From Methanobacteriaceae archaeon (GTDB lineage Archaea > Methanobacteriota > Methanobacteria > Methanobacteriales > Methanobacteriaceae): a DNA stretch of 27,868 nt. Shown here in pieces: positions 9,160 through 19,230 of the stretch; the first letter of the stretch is position 1; each line of letters starts with the position of its first letter. The stretch lies in the NCBI GenBank assembly GCA_003558085.1, contig PWMT01000152.1, positions 1-27,868 of the forward strand, in the 5' to 3' direction. The position numbers and the translations under genes were made by a program. Below the pieces are notes generated by a model. The model worked only from the letters and a program-made list of their open reading frames with translations, was not told the DNA's origin and did no database searches.

Positions 9160-9978
9160 ATGGCGATAGGAAAAGAGTCATTAAAAAATCTATTCACGGT
9201 GGGTAAGCCTAAATGGAGAACTGCTATTACTAGAGTAGAACCAAACAACATTATAACTAGAGGACATTCCCAAGAAGATCTTATTGGCAATATTTCTTTT
9301 TCTGAAATGGTTTATCTTTTAATTAAAGGAGAAATGCCTTTAAAAAAGGAATCTAAAATGTTAAGCGCAATTCTTGTTTCATTTTGTGATCATGGAGTTA
9401 CTCCGCCGAGTACACAAGCTGCCAGACTCATGGCTTCTGCTGGATCCAAAGTACATGCTTGTATTGCCGGAGGACTTTTAGCTTTTGGTAAGAATCATGC
9501 AGGTGCCATAGAAGAGTCTATGAAGGCCTTGCAAAACTATATTCAAAATTCAGGTCCTGAATATGACTGGGAATCTTTGGCCCAGAACTTTGTTAATGAA
9601 TATATAAAAGAAGATGTTAAAATCCCTGGCTTCGGGCATCGTTATCATTATGAAGATCCTCGTGCCATTAAAATTATTAAATTAGCACAAGAATACGATT
9701 GTATAGGTAAACATACTCAGTTAGCACTGGCTATACAAGAGGTAATCTTTGAATCTAAAGGGATAAAAATGAACATCGATGGCGCAAATTCAGGAATTCT
9801 ATCTGATTTAGGATTTGATTGGAGAACAGGAACAGGTATTTTTATGATAGGACGGTTACCGGGTTTAATTTCCCATGTATATGAGGAAAAAGTCCGAGAA
9901 CCTGAATTTAGGAAATTTTTCGATGTGGAAGAAATTTATTATGATGGTCAGGAGGATAGACAGCTAGGAGGTTTATAA
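9160..9978 (+). CDS. Citryl-CoA lyase / short citrate synthase-like protein
   Basis: Citrate-synthase-fold catalytic motifs DHGVTPPS, HAGA, IPGFGHR..DPR and NIDG. At 272 aa it is the short CCL-type form. A GGGGGT SD lies upstream. Confidence 0.88.
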   Translation: MAIGKESLKNLFTVGKPKWRTAITRVEPNNIITRGHSQEDLIGNISFSEMVYLLIKGEMPLKKESKMLSAILVSFCDHGVTPPSTQAARLMASAGSKVHACIAGGLLAFGKNHAGAIEESMKALQNYIQNSGPEYDWESLAQNFVNEYIKEDVKIPGFGHRYHYEDPRAIKIIKLAQEYDCIGKHTQLALAIQEVIFESKGIKMNIDGANSGILSDLGFDWRTGTGIFMIGRLPGLISHVYEEKVREPEFRKFFDVEEIYYDGQEDRQLGGL

Positions 9979-10024
9979 TCCCTCATTATATTATGTTTTA
10001 AATTGTGCTATTAGGGAATCAAAT

Positions 10025-10041
10025 AGTAAAAGATAAATATA
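10025..10041 (+). promoter_or_regulatory. Candidate BRE/TATA of the ATP synthase operon
   Basis: Purine-rich AGTAAAAG followed by ATAAATATA, about 40 nt upstream of atpH. GGTGA SD at 10068-10072. Confidence 0.35.
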
Positions 10042-10076
10042 CCTCAAACTAGATTATGCTTAACCATGGTGATTAA

Positions 10077-10391
10077 ATGATAACGATATCGGAAGCTATT
10101 ACAACGATTAAAAAAGCCGAAAATAATGCTGATCAGTTAATTACTGATGCAGAAGAAAAATCAGATCAAATGATTGACGAGGCAAAGGTAAAATCCATGG
10201 AAATGATGGAAACTGCTAAAAAGGATGCTCGTGAGGAATCGGAAGAGCTAATTTTTGATGCAGAGTCCAAAGCCAAAAAAGAGGCCAATAAAATCATTAT
10301 CCAGGCTAAAGAAAATGTTAAAGCTATCAAGGTAAAGTCTTTAAGCAAGGTTGATGAAGCCTCAGATATTATTGTAAAAAGTGTACTGTAG
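10077..10391 (+). CDS. atpH: A1Ao ATP synthase subunit H
   Basis: 104-aa charged helical protein (IKKAENNAD...AKKEA), first gene of the operon, GGTGA SD. Confidence 0.88.
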   Translation: MITISEAITTIKKAENNADQLITDAEEKSDQMIDEAKVKSMEMMETAKKDAREESEELIFDAESKAKKEANKIIIQAKENVKAIKVKSLSKVDEASDIIVKSVL

Positions 10392-10401
10392 AGTGACTGT
10401 T

Positions 10402-12381
10402 ATGTTTTTGCCAGCAAGGATGTATAAACTTAAAATTTTAATTTTGGAACAGTATGCTGATTCAACAGTGCGCTCTTTGCACGAAGAAGGCATTGTACAG
10501 ATCCATGATATATCTGAGCGGATTCAACAAGACGTTGAATGGGCACAAATTCTAAGACCATCCAAGGTAACCGAGTATACTGGTAAAATATCATCTCTTT
10601 TAATGAAAACTACTGGAATTCTTGATTTCTTAGAAACAGTAGCTTCAGAGGGTGCTGGACTTTTAGAGACGGTTAAAAGTTTCATAAGTCCTGAAATCTC
10701 TTCAAAAAGGGAAGTCGAAGATTTAGGTGCCAAAAGTCTTTTAGAAAAAGCTGAAACTATACTTGATAAAGTGGAAACTAAAACCAAAATCATTGAAGAG
10801 AAATTAGTGGAGATAGATGCTGAAAAAAATGAAAATATTTCTGCACTTGATCTTCCTCAAAAATTAATAAATTTTGATATTGATTTTGATGATATTAAAC
10901 AATCTAAATATGTTACTGCTATAGCTGGTGAAATTTCCACTAAATCTTTTAAAAAGTTTCAGGATGAACACGCTCAAATAACCGACGAAATATTGATTTA
11001 TACTGATTCGGGGGAATCTAAAACTGATTTAAAAGTTATAATCATAACTCTCAATGAACACGCTGAAGAGCTTGCCCGACTTTTAAAGCAGTTAGATTTT
11101 GAAAGATATGAAATTTCTTCTCTTTCAGGTAGACCTAAAGAAAGTATAGATCAAGCTAAAGCCAGACTGGAGGTCTTGAAAAAAGAGAGGAAAGAAGTTT
11201 TAAATGAACTTAAACATGTCGCCCAAGAATGGGAAGAAGATCTTCTGGTTTTAAAAGAAGAACTAGAAATCGAAAAAGAGAGAAATGAAATTTTCGCTTC
11301 ATTCGGTGAAACTGATAAAACAATGATGCTTGAAGCATGGGTTCCAACCAAAAAAGCAGATAAAGCATTAGAAATCATAAAAGAATCAAGTGAAGGATAT
11401 TCTGTTGTAGATATCGAAAATCCAGATGGCGATGATGTACCAGTAAAACTGGATAATCCTCGTTTTGCCCGACCATTCCAATTATTTGTGGATATGTACT
11501 CACCTTTAAATTATAATGAGATAGATCCAACCGTGTTTGTTGCCTTAGTATTTCCCTTTTTCTTCGGCTTCTGTCTTACAGATGCCGGTTATGGAATAGT
11601 TATTTCTCTAGTAGGAGCTATTCTATATAGAGGCATGGGAAAAGTTAATGAAACTATGAAAAATTTTGGTATAATCATGATTGTAAGTGGTATATGGGCT
11701 TCTATTTTGGGGCTGATAACTAATTCTTTCCTCGGGGATTTCTTCCCTGTATTTCTGGGATGGGAATTACCCACGGTGATTGAAATAATAGATACCTTTG
11801 CTCAGCCACAAAACATTTTAATAATGGCCCTACTGGTGGGTATAGTTTATACCATTGTTGGTTTAGTTTTAGGAGCCATCAATAATCTTAGAAGAGGAGA
11901 AATTAAGGAAGCATTAGGTAGTCAGATCGTATGGTTAATTATGGTTTTAGGGGTAGGCCTACTAGCTGGAACTTATCTAGCCGGATTTGGATCCATTTAT
12001 ATTGGCGGGGCCATAATTGCGGTAGCCTTTATCATGCTAGTTGTATTTAATGGATTGTTTGGTTTAATGGACATCTCCGGATTTTTAGGAACCATATTAT
12101 CCTATGCCAGGCTACTTGCTTTAGCCATGGCAACTGGGGGTATAGCCATCACTGTAAATATTCTAGCAGGTTTGATCGGTGATTTGGTACCTTATATCGG
12201 CATAATTCTCGCCCCAATAATCTTTATATTTGGCCATATAGTCAATGGTATATTCCAAACTTTAGGTGCGTTTATTAATTCTCTTCGTTTACATTACGTA
12301 GAATTCTTTACTCAATTTTTTATAATGGGAAAGTCTCGCTTTGAAACTTTCCAAGCTAAAAGAAAATTCACTAAAACTTAA
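10402..12381 (+). CDS. atpI: A1Ao ATP synthase subunit I (a)
   Basis: Soluble N-terminal half plus membrane domain. EIDPT, FFGFCLTDAGYG, the essential Arg in LSYARLLAL, and LRLHYVEFF. Start reassigned to ATG 10402 (MFLPARM) after a GAGTGA SD. Confidence 0.95.
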   Translation: MFLPARMYKLKILILEQYADSTVRSLHEEGIVQIHDISERIQQDVEWAQILRPSKVTEYTGKISSLLMKTTGILDFLETVASEGAGLLETVKSFISPEISSKREVEDLGAKSLLEKAETILDKVETKTKIIEEKLVEIDAEKNENISALDLPQKLINFDIDFDDIKQSKYVTAIAGEISTKSFKKFQDEHAQITDEILIYTDSGESKTDLKVIIITLNEHAEELARLLKQLDFERYEISSLSGRPKESIDQAKARLEVLKKERKEVLNELKHVAQEWEEDLLVLKEELEIEKERNEIFASFGETDKTMMLEAWVPTKKADKALEIIKESSEGYSVVDIENPDGDDVPVKLDNPRFARPFQLFVDMYSPLNYNEIDPTVFVALVFPFFFGFCLTDAGYGIVISLVGAILYRGMGKVNETMKNFGIIMIVSGIWASILGLITNSFLGDFFPVFLGWELPTVIEIIDTFAQPQNILIMALLVGIVYTIVGLVLGAINNLRRGEIKEALGSQIVWLIMVLGVGLLAGTYLAGFGSIYIGGAIIAVAFIMLVVFNGLFGLMDISGFLGTILSYARLLALAMATGGIAITVNILAGLIGDLVPYIGIILAPIIFIFGHIVNGIFQTLGAFINSLRLHYVEFFTQFFIMGKSRFETFQAKRKFTKT

Positions 12382-12402
12382 AATTAATTGGAGGTAAAAA
12401 AA

Positions 12403-12888
12403 ATGGTTGAAATTACAATGGGTACAGCTTTACTGGCAGTAGCTGCGGGTATTGCCATAGGCTTTACTGGATTAGGTTCTAGTTTAGGTCAAAGTATGGT
12501 AGCAACATCATCTGTAGGTGCGGTGGCAGAGAAATCTGAGATGTTTGCTCAGGGTGTTCTCTTTAGTGCTTTGCCTGAGACTCAGGCTATTTATGGTTTT
12601 TTAATAGCCATATTATTAATAGTCGGAGGATTCCTTGGCGCAGAAACTACTATAACAGTAGAATTAGGCATAGTAGCTATAGCAGCAGGTACTGCTATGG
12701 GGTTGGCTGGTTTAGGTTCCAGTCTAGGTCAAAGTATGGTAGCTTCTTCATCTGTAGGTGCAGTAACTGAAAATCCTGACATGTTTGCTCAGGGAATACT
12801 GTTCAGTGCATTGCCAGAGACTCAGGCTATTTACGGTTTCTTGATAGCTATATTGTTAATCATATTCAGTGGAATCTTAGGAGGATAA
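12403..12888 (+). CDS. atpK: A1Ao ATP synthase subunit K (c), duplicated two-hairpin proteolipid
   Basis: Two copies of GLGSSLGQSMVA...MFAQG.LFSALPETQAIYGFLIAILL. ATG 12403 follows GGAGGT. 161 aa. Confidence 0.96.
   Translation: MVEITMGTALLAVAAGIAIGFTGLGSSLGQSMVATSSVGAVAEKSEMFAQGVLFSALPETQAIYGFLIAILLIVGGFLGAETTITVELGIVAIAAGTAMGLAGLGSSLGQSMVASSSVGAVTENPDMFAQGILFSALPETQAIYGFLIAILLIIFSGILGG
12469..12860 (+). repeat. Intragenic tandem duplication in atpK, 240-bp period
   Basis: ATGTTTGCTCAGGG occurs at 12541 and 12781. TAGGTCAAAGTATGGTAGC, TCATCTGTAGGTGC and GAGACTCAGGCTATTTA each also occur twice. Confidence 0.9.
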
Positions 12889-12892
12889 GTAA

Positions 12893-13516
12893 ATGACCTC
12901 CGGGGCAGATAAAATTGTCTCCAGCATTATTCAAGAAGCTGAAACTGAGGCTAATGCTATCATTGAGAAGGCAGAAATAGAAGCAAATTCTATAATTGAA
13001 ACAGGTGAAAAAAAGGCCCATTTGGAGAAAGAAAAAATCTTGGATGAGGCCAAAAAACAATCTCAAATGAAATATCAGCAAATCATTTCAGAAGCTAAAA
13101 TGAATGCAAGAAGATCTGATTTAGAGGCTAAAGAAGAACTCATAGAAGAATCTTTCCATAAAGCCCAGGAGAAATTAAAAAACATAGCTTTCACATCATC
13201 TGCCGAATATAAACAATCCCTCATAGAAATCATCACTGAAGCAGCTTTAGAAGCTGGAGGGGGAGACTTAGTGGTTCAACTTAAAGAGGATGATGTAGCC
13301 AAGATTAAGGATTCCTTATCCAATATTGAATCAACAGTTCAAAAAGAAACCGATAAAAAAACTAACCTGGAAATTGGTGACAATATCAATATCATTGGAG
13401 GAGCCATAGTTAAAACCAAAAATGGTGAAATAGAGGTAAACAACACCATTGAGGCTAGAATAGAACGTTTTAAAAAGACTCTTCGGTATGAAGTGGCTAA
13501 GATTCTATTTGAATAA
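12893..13516 (+). CDS. atpE: A1Ao ATP synthase subunit E
   Basis: N-terminal coiled coil, C-terminal IIGGAIV...IEVNNTIEAR, and operon position. Confidence 0.94.
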   Translation: MTSGADKIVSSIIQEAETEANAIIEKAEIEANSIIETGEKKAHLEKEKILDEAKKQSQMKYQQIISEAKMNARRSDLEAKEELIEESFHKAQEKLKNIAFTSSAEYKQSLIEIITEAALEAGGGDLVVQLKEDDVAKIKDSLSNIESTVQKETDKKTNLEIGDNINIIGGAIVKTKNGEIEVNNTIEARIERFKKTLRYEVAKILFE

Positions 13517-13531
13517 TAGGGGAGATACACC

Positions 13532-14689
13532 ATGCCAGATACCATTAATCCAACCATAACAGCAATGGGTTTCGCTTCCTTAGAATCTTTTTTGATGGTT
13601 CTATTTATAGCTATAGCTCTTCTAGCAGCTTTTGTAATAATAGTCGCTGTTAAACCAGTTTATTCTATGTTTCCCTATGCTTATCCAAACGCCAGATTAA
13701 GAGCTAGGATTGGTCGCTTAATAACTGCTAAACAGCTTTCAGAAATACTTGATTCAGACAGTCTAGAAGAAGTTAAAAACTATTTACGCGGGTTTCCCGA
13801 ATACGCAAAATATGTGGATAAATATTCTCTGGAGAAAGCTCTGGATATGCAATTGGCTGAGACCTATGATCTGGTTGCCAGAATCGCTCCAGATAGCATA
13901 AAAAGTATATTTCTCATATTACTCAAAAAATGGGATATACGGAATATTAAAACATTAATCACAGCTAAAGAATCAGATCTTGGCCCAGAAAAGACCGCTG
14001 AATTATTAATTCCTTTTGGTGAAATCACTGATGTGCTTGAAAAATTAGTTGAAGCAGAATCAGTCGATGATGTGATCATGGAATTGGAGGAAACAGAATA
14101 TTATCCTCTTTTAGAAGAAGCTCTACCTGATTATGAAAAAACAGGAATGATTTTACCGCTGGAAGCAAATTTAGATAAATATTTTTTTGAAAATCTTTTA
14201 AAAACATTAGAAGATGATTCTGATGAAAATAAAGAATTATTATATTCTTATATAGGTTCCCAGGTAGATATAACTAATCTGAAGATAGTGCTAAGGGCTA
14301 AAATGGATGATCTGCAATATGAAGATATAAGTTCTTATTTGGTTTCGGAAGGATATCAAATTAGAGATTGGAAATTAAAGGATCTTATGGATGCGGAAAA
14401 TGTACCGGGAATAATTAGTTTACTAGAAGGTACTGATTATGGGCCATATTTGGAGGAAGTATTATCTGAATATAATAAAACAGGTTCTATAGCTCCCTTT
14501 GAAGTTGCTTTAGCAGAATACATAACAAAAACAGCGAAAACTTTATCTCGTAAAAAACCTTTAGGAACTGGTCCGATGATCGGATTTTTAAGTAAAAAAG
14601 AAGCTGAGATAAAGAATTTAAAAGTTATCGTTAGAGGCAAAAGAGAAGCTGGTTTTCCAGTCTCTAAAATAAAGGAGATGTTAATATGA
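13532..14689 (+). CDS. atpC: A1Ao ATP synthase subunit C, with hydrophobic N-terminal extension
   Basis: YAYPNARLRA, WDIRNIKTL, DITNLKIVLRAK, KEAEIKNLKVI, and operon position. Confidence 0.94.
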   Translation: MPDTINPTITAMGFASLESFLMVLFIAIALLAAFVIIVAVKPVYSMFPYAYPNARLRARIGRLITAKQLSEILDSDSLEEVKNYLRGFPEYAKYVDKYSLEKALDMQLAETYDLVARIAPDSIKSIFLILLKKWDIRNIKTLITAKESDLGPEKTAELLIPFGEITDVLEKLVEAESVDDVIMELEETEYYPLLEEALPDYEKTGMILPLEANLDKYFFENLLKTLEDDSDENKELLYSYIGSQVDITNLKIVLRAKMDDLQYEDISSYLVSEGYQIRDWKLKDLMDAENVPGIISLLEGTDYGPYLEEVLSEYNKTGSIAPFEVALAEYITKTAKTLSRKKPLGTGPMIGFLSKKEAEIKNLKVIVRGKREAGFPVSKIKEMLI

Positions 14690-15006
14690 CTTCATCTATT
14701 GCCGTGGTAGCAGATGCTGACACTGTAGTTGGCTTCAGGTTAGGAGGAATTAAACAAGGTTACGTAGTTGAAACAACAGAGGAGGCTGAAGAAGCTTTAA
14801 CCAAATTGATTAAGGAAAATACATCCATAATCATTATCACTGAAAAAATAGGTGATGAACTAAGAGAGGTTATTGAAAAATTCACCAAATCTAGTGCACT
14901 GCCCATAATAATTGAAATTCCAGATAAATATGGTTCTGCTGAAAGAACCGCTGATCCGATGATGGAATTGATTAAACGAGTTATTGGGGTTGAGATGGTA
15001 AAATGA
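14686..15006 (+). CDS. atpF: A1Ao ATP synthase subunit F
   Basis: [31 protein letters not shown]. Four-base overlaps with both neighbours. Confidence 0.95.
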   Translation: MTSSIAVVADADTVVGFRLGGIKQGYVVETTEEAEEALTKLIKENTSIIIITEKIGDELREVIEKFTKSSALPIIIEIPDKYGSAERTADPMMELIKRVIGVEMVK

Positions 15007-16754
15007 TTACAGAAGGAAAAATTATTAAAATAGCAGGTCCTGTTATCATCGCAGATGGGATGAAAGGAACTCAAATGTATGAAATGGTTAAAGTCGGTGA
15101 AGACAGGCTTATTGGTGAGATTATTGAGCTTGAAGGTGATACCGCTACCATTCAAGTTTATGAAGAAACGGCAGGTATAAAACCAGGAGAAATTGTAGAA
15201 AGTACCGGAGGCCCCCTCTCTGTAGAATTGGGTCCGGGGATTATTGGTTCTATATTTGATGGTATTCAAAGGCCTTTGGAGACTATAAAAATCGAATCCG
15301 GAGATTATATAGAAAGAGGGGTAGATGTTCCCTCTATACCTAAAGATAAAAAATGGACTTTCAAACCCCTACTTTCTGTGGATGCTAAGGTAGAAGGGGG
15401 AGATATAATTGGAGAAGTCCAGGAAACTTCTGCAGTTTTACAGAGGATTATGATACCCCCTAATATTTCTGGTACTTTAAAAAGTATAGTCCCCCAGGGA
15501 CAATATACTGTATTAGAAGACATTGCTGAAGTTGAAACTGAAAGCGGTATAGAAAAAATTCAATTAATGCAAAAATGGCCGGTGAGAAAACTTAGACCTT
15601 ACAAGGAAAAACTTGATCCAGGCATACCCCTTATAACTGGTCAAAGAGCACAAGATACATTTTTCCCAGTAGCTAAAGGTGGTACTGCAGCTATACCTGG
15701 ACCTTTCGGGTCTGGTAAAACTGTAACTCAGCAACAATTAGCCAAATGGGCTGATGCTGACATCATCGTATATGTAGGGTGCGGTGAAAGAGGTAACGAA
15801 ATGACTGAGGTATTGAAGGAGTTTCCAGAATTAGAAGATCCTAAAAGCGGTAAACCTTTAATGGATAGGACGGTGCTTATTGCTAATACATCTAACATGC
15901 CAGTAGCAGCTAGGGAAGCGTGTGTATATACTGGTATTACCATTGCAGAATATTTCCGAGATCAAGGATACGATGTGGCACTTATGGCAGATTCTACTTC
16001 CAGATGGGCGGAAGCTATGCGTGAAATATCTGGACGTCTGGAAGAAATGCCCGGAGAAGAAGGTTATCCTGCATATTTAGCCTCTAGATTAGCTCAATTT
16101 TATGAAAGAGCAGGTCGTGTGACCACGGTGGGATCAGAAGACAAAATATCCTCAGTATCAGTAGTAGGAGCAGTTTCACCTCCAGGTGGAGACTTATCTG
16201 AACCGGTAACTCAAAACACTTTACGTATATGTAAGGTATTCTGGGCATTGGATGCTTCTCTTGCTGATAAACGTCACTTCCCATCTATTGATTGGTTACA
16301 GAGTTATTCATTGTATGTGGATAGTGTGCAAAATTGGTGGATGAATATAGATGCGGAATGGAGATCTAATCGTGATTTAGCTATGGTCTTACTGCAAAAA
16401 GAATCTGAACTGCAAGAAATTGTACAATTAGTGGGTCCTGATGCTCTACCAGATAGGGAGAGAATTACTTTAGAAACCACCCGTATGCTCAGGGAAGACT
16501 TCTTGCAACAGAACGCCTACCATGAAGTGGATACTTATTGTTCCCCTCAAAAACAATATCAAATGCTGCAAACCATACTCATGTTCCAGGATAAAGCCAT
16601 CGAAGCATTGGAAAGAGGAGCTGCCTCTGAAGATATCATTAATTTAAAAGTAAAAGAAGATATTGGTAGAATGAAATTTATCCCTGAAGCCGAATTTGAG
16701 GTTAAAATTAAAGAAATTCAGGATAAAATTGTAAAACAATGCAGTGAGGTGTAA
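15003..16754 (+). CDS. atpA: A1Ao ATP synthase catalytic subunit A (no intein)
   Basis: Walker [38 protein letters not shown]. 583 aa. Confidence 0.98.
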   Translation: MITEGKIIKIAGPVIIADGMKGTQMYEMVKVGEDRLIGEIIELEGDTATIQVYEETAGIKPGEIVESTGGPLSVELGPGIIGSIFDGIQRPLETIKIESGDYIERGVDVPSIPKDKKWTFKPLLSVDAKVEGGDIIGEVQETSAVLQRIMIPPNISGTLKSIVPQGQYTVLEDIAEVETESGIEKIQLMQKWPVRKLRPYKEKLDPGIPLITGQRAQDTFFPVAKGGTAAIPGPFGSGKTVTQQQLAKWADADIIVYVGCGERGNEMTEVLKEFPELEDPKSGKPLMDRTVLIANTSNMPVAAREACVYTGITIAEYFRDQGYDVALMADSTSRWAEAMREISGRLEEMPGEEGYPAYLASRLAQFYERAGRVTTVGSEDKISSVSVVGAVSPPGGDLSEPVTQNTLRICKVFWALDASLADKRHFPSIDWLQSYSLYVDSVQNWWMNIDAEWRSNRDLAMVLLQKESELQEIVQLVGPDALPDRERITLETTRMLREDFLQQNAYHEVDTYCSPQKQYQMLQTILMFQDKAIEALERGAASEDIINLKVKEDIGRMKFIPEAEFEVKIKEIQDKIVKQCSEV

Positions 16755-16756
16755 AA

Positions 16757-18154
16757 ATGAACATTAATATTAAAACTAGGGAATACACCACTCTCACTGA
16801 AGTTGCTGGCCCTCTAATGATTGTGGAAGGGGTGGAAGGAGTTTCTTACAGTGAAATAGTGGAAATAGTAACACCTTCTGGTGAGAATAGACGAGGTCAG
16901 GTTCTAGAAGTTAAAGAAGATTTGGCTGTGGTTCAAGTTTTTGAAGGGACCAGTGATTTGGATATATCTACTACTAAAGTTAGATTTACAGGTGAAACTG
17001 CAAAAATTGGGGTTTCATTGGATATGATGGGACGTATATTTGGTGGTACAGGCAAACCTATTGATGGAGGTCCTGAAATAATCGCTGAAAAGGAACTGGA
17101 TATTAGTGGTAGTCCTATGAATCCCTCGGCCCGGGAGTTTCCAGCAGAATTTATTGAAACTGGTATTTCCACCATTGATGGGATGAATACTCTAGTTAGG
17201 GGACAGAAATTACCTATCTTCTCTGGATCTGGTTTACCTCATAATGAATTGGCTGCCCAAATTGCTCGACAGGCTAAAGTACTGGCTGAAGAAACTGAGT
17301 TTTCTGTAATATTCGTGGCCATGGGTATTACCCACGAAGAAGCTAACTATTTCATGAAGGATTTTGAACAAACCGGTGCACTGGAAAGAGTAACGGTTTT
17401 CATGAACTTGGCTGATGATCCAGCTATAGAAAGAATCATTACTCCTCGTATGGCTTTAACCACAGCCGAATATTTTGCTTTTGAACATGACATGCATGTA
17501 CTGGTTATTCTCACTGATTTAACTAACTATTGTGAAGCTTTACGTGAAATCTCCGCTGCCAGAGAGGAAGTACCTGGAAGAAGAGGTTATCCGGGATATA
17601 TGTACACAGATTTATCCAGTTTATATGAAAGAGCAGGCCGTTTAATGGGTAAAGAGGGTTCTATTACTCAAATGCCTATACTGGTCATGCCTCAGGATGA
17701 TATTACTCACCCTATTCCTGATTTAACGGGTTATATAACTGAAGGACAGGTGGTGCTTAGTAGGGAACTGCATCGTAAAGGTATTTATCCTCCAGTGGAT
17801 GTATTACCTTCATTATCTCGACTCATGAGTGGAGGTATTGGTGAGGAAAGGACCCGAGAAGATCACAGTGGTGTTTCAGATCAATTATATTCTGCATATG
17901 CTGAGGGTAGAGATTTAAGGGATCTTATGGCTGTGGTTGGTGAAGAAGCTTTAACTGAAAGAGATCAAAAATTCTTAAAATTTGCGGATGAATTTGAAAA
18001 ACAATTCATCACTCAAGGAAAGGACCAAGACAGATCTATTCAAGAAACCCTTGATTTAGGATGGGAACTATTGAGTATGCTGCCGGTTGCAGATCTAAAA
18101 AGAGTTAGAGAAGAACACATACCCAAATATCTTCCTAATTACCAAGAAGAATAA
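16757..18154 (+). CDS. atpB: A1Ao ATP synthase subunit B
   Basis: [53 protein letters not shown]. Confidence 0.98.
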   Translation: MNINIKTREYTTLTEVAGPLMIVEGVEGVSYSEIVEIVTPSGENRRGQVLEVKEDLAVVQVFEGTSDLDISTTKVRFTGETAKIGVSLDMMGRIFGGTGKPIDGGPEIIAEKELDISGSPMNPSAREFPAEFIETGISTIDGMNTLVRGQKLPIFSGSGLPHNELAAQIARQAKVLAEETEFSVIFVAMGITHEEANYFMKDFEQTGALERVTVFMNLADDPAIERIITPRMALTTAEYFAFEHDMHVLVILTDLTNYCEALREISAAREEVPGRRGYPGYMYTDLSSLYERAGRLMGKEGSITQMPILVMPQDDITHPIPDLTGYITEGQVVLSRELHRKGIYPPVDVLPSLSRLMSGGIGEERTREDHSGVSDQLYSAYAEGRDLRDLMAVVGEEALTERDQKFLKFADEFEKQFITQGKDQDRSIQETLDLGWELLSMLPVADLKRVREEHIPKYLPNYQEE

Positions 18155-18183
18155 CATTTCCTAAATTCTTTAAGAGGGATAAA

Positions 18184-18825
18184 ATGGCACAGGAAATGAT
18201 TGAAGGGATTAACCCTACAAGGATGGAGCTTTTAAAGCTTAAAGACAGGGAAAAACTTGCGGTTAAAGGTTATAGTCTTTTAAAAGAAAAGCGAAATGCG
18301 TTGATCATGGAATTTTTTAATATCCTAGAAAGGGTGAAAGGATCCCGGCAAATCGTAGAAGAAAATCTTCAGGAAGCTTTTGATGATCTAACTGAAGCTC
18401 AAATTATAATGGGTGACTTAGCTGTTAATAAAGCCTCTTTATCAGTCAAAGAATCAATAGAAATGGATATTGATTCTAGAAGTATTATGGGGGTCGTGGT
18501 CCCTGTAGTTGAATACAGCTCTCCCCAGAGAAGTATGGTGGATAGAGGCTATGGTTTTGTTGATACCTCAGTTAAATTAGATGAAGCTGCCAAAAAATTT
18601 GAAGAATCGCTTTCTCTTATCATAGAGCTAGGTGAAATTGAGAAAACTATCATTCTATTAGCTGCTGAAATAGAATCTACTAAAAGAAGAGTAAATGCAC
18701 TGGAAAATATTATAATTCCTCGCCTAGAAAATACAGTTAAACATATTGAAATGAGATTAGAAGAAATGGAAAGGGAAAATTTTGTACGCTTGAAAGTGAT
18801 TAAAAAAGCTATGGAGAGAGAGTGA
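18184..18825 (+). CDS. atpD: A1Ao ATP synthase subunit D
   Basis: [42 protein letters not shown]. Confidence 0.97.
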   Translation: MAQEMIEGINPTRMELLKLKDREKLAVKGYSLLKEKRNALIMEFFNILERVKGSRQIVEENLQEAFDDLTEAQIIMGDLAVNKASLSVKESIEMDIDSRSIMGVVVPVVEYSSPQRSMVDRGYGFVDTSVKLDEAAKKFEESLSLIIELGEIEKTIILLAAEIESTKRRVNALENIIIPRLENTVKHIEMRLEEMERENFVRLKVIKKAMERE

Positions 18826-19208
18826 TGGTAAGAGTATTAACCAGATTAGGTGAAGTTAAAAAAGGATTAGAAAAATACCGTGATGCATTAGTTGATTTTA
18901 AATTAGGTGAGGTATCTGGTAAGCTAAGAGCCATCGTAGCTGATGAGACTGTAGAAGTTAAATCTGGAGAAGCTAAGCCTATTAAAATAAAAAAGATCGC
19001 TATTCCAGGGAGTCATATTATTTACATGTGTGGTTATGCTACTAATCGTCTGGGACATACCATAGCTGCAGGAGAAGAAACTCCCTTACCTATCAGCATG
19101 GATCGCACCGCAGATTATACTACTTTTGTAGCTGCATTATCCGGCACTATAGAAAAAGATGATTTATTAGGTGTGGCCATTCTTTTACCAGTAGATCTAA
19201 CTAATTAA
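18825..19208 (+). CDS. DUF22-like conserved methanogen protein, coupled to atpD
   Basis: The ATG overlaps the atpD stop (TGATG). GKLRAIVADE...IKIKKIAIP...IEKDDLLGV matches my recollection of DUF22 proteins. Confidence 0.7.
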   Translation: MVRVLTRLGEVKKGLEKYRDALVDFKLGEVSGKLRAIVADETVEVKSGEAKPIKIKKIAIPGSHIIYMCGYATNRLGHTIAAGEETPLPISMDRTADYTTFVAALSGTIEKDDLLGVAILLPVDLTN

Positions 19209-19212
19209 TCTA

Positions 19213-19230
19213 TTTTAACTTTTTTTCTTT
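19213..19230 (+). terminator. Oligo-T terminator candidate of the ATP synthase operon
   Basis: TTTTAACTTTTTTTCTTT directly after the last gene, in a convergent gap. Confidence 0.5.

Noticed and set aside
5613-9978. Calling the cluster a canonical methylcitrate cycle (prpD/prpC) or TCA operon (gltA/fumA)
   Set aside because: No methylisocitrate lyase, aconitase or fumarase beta subunit is present, and the citrate synthase-like protein is the short CCL type. Gene symbols were withheld.
10166-17175. Many 60-169 aa minus-strand ORFs across the ATP synthase operon
   Set aside because: Expected shadows of codon-biased, highly expressed genes. All lie opposite conserved subunits.
15003-18154. Inteins in atpA or atpB
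   Set aside because: Lengths of 583 and 465 aa are standard, and GPFGSGKT and GCGERGNE are uninterrupted.
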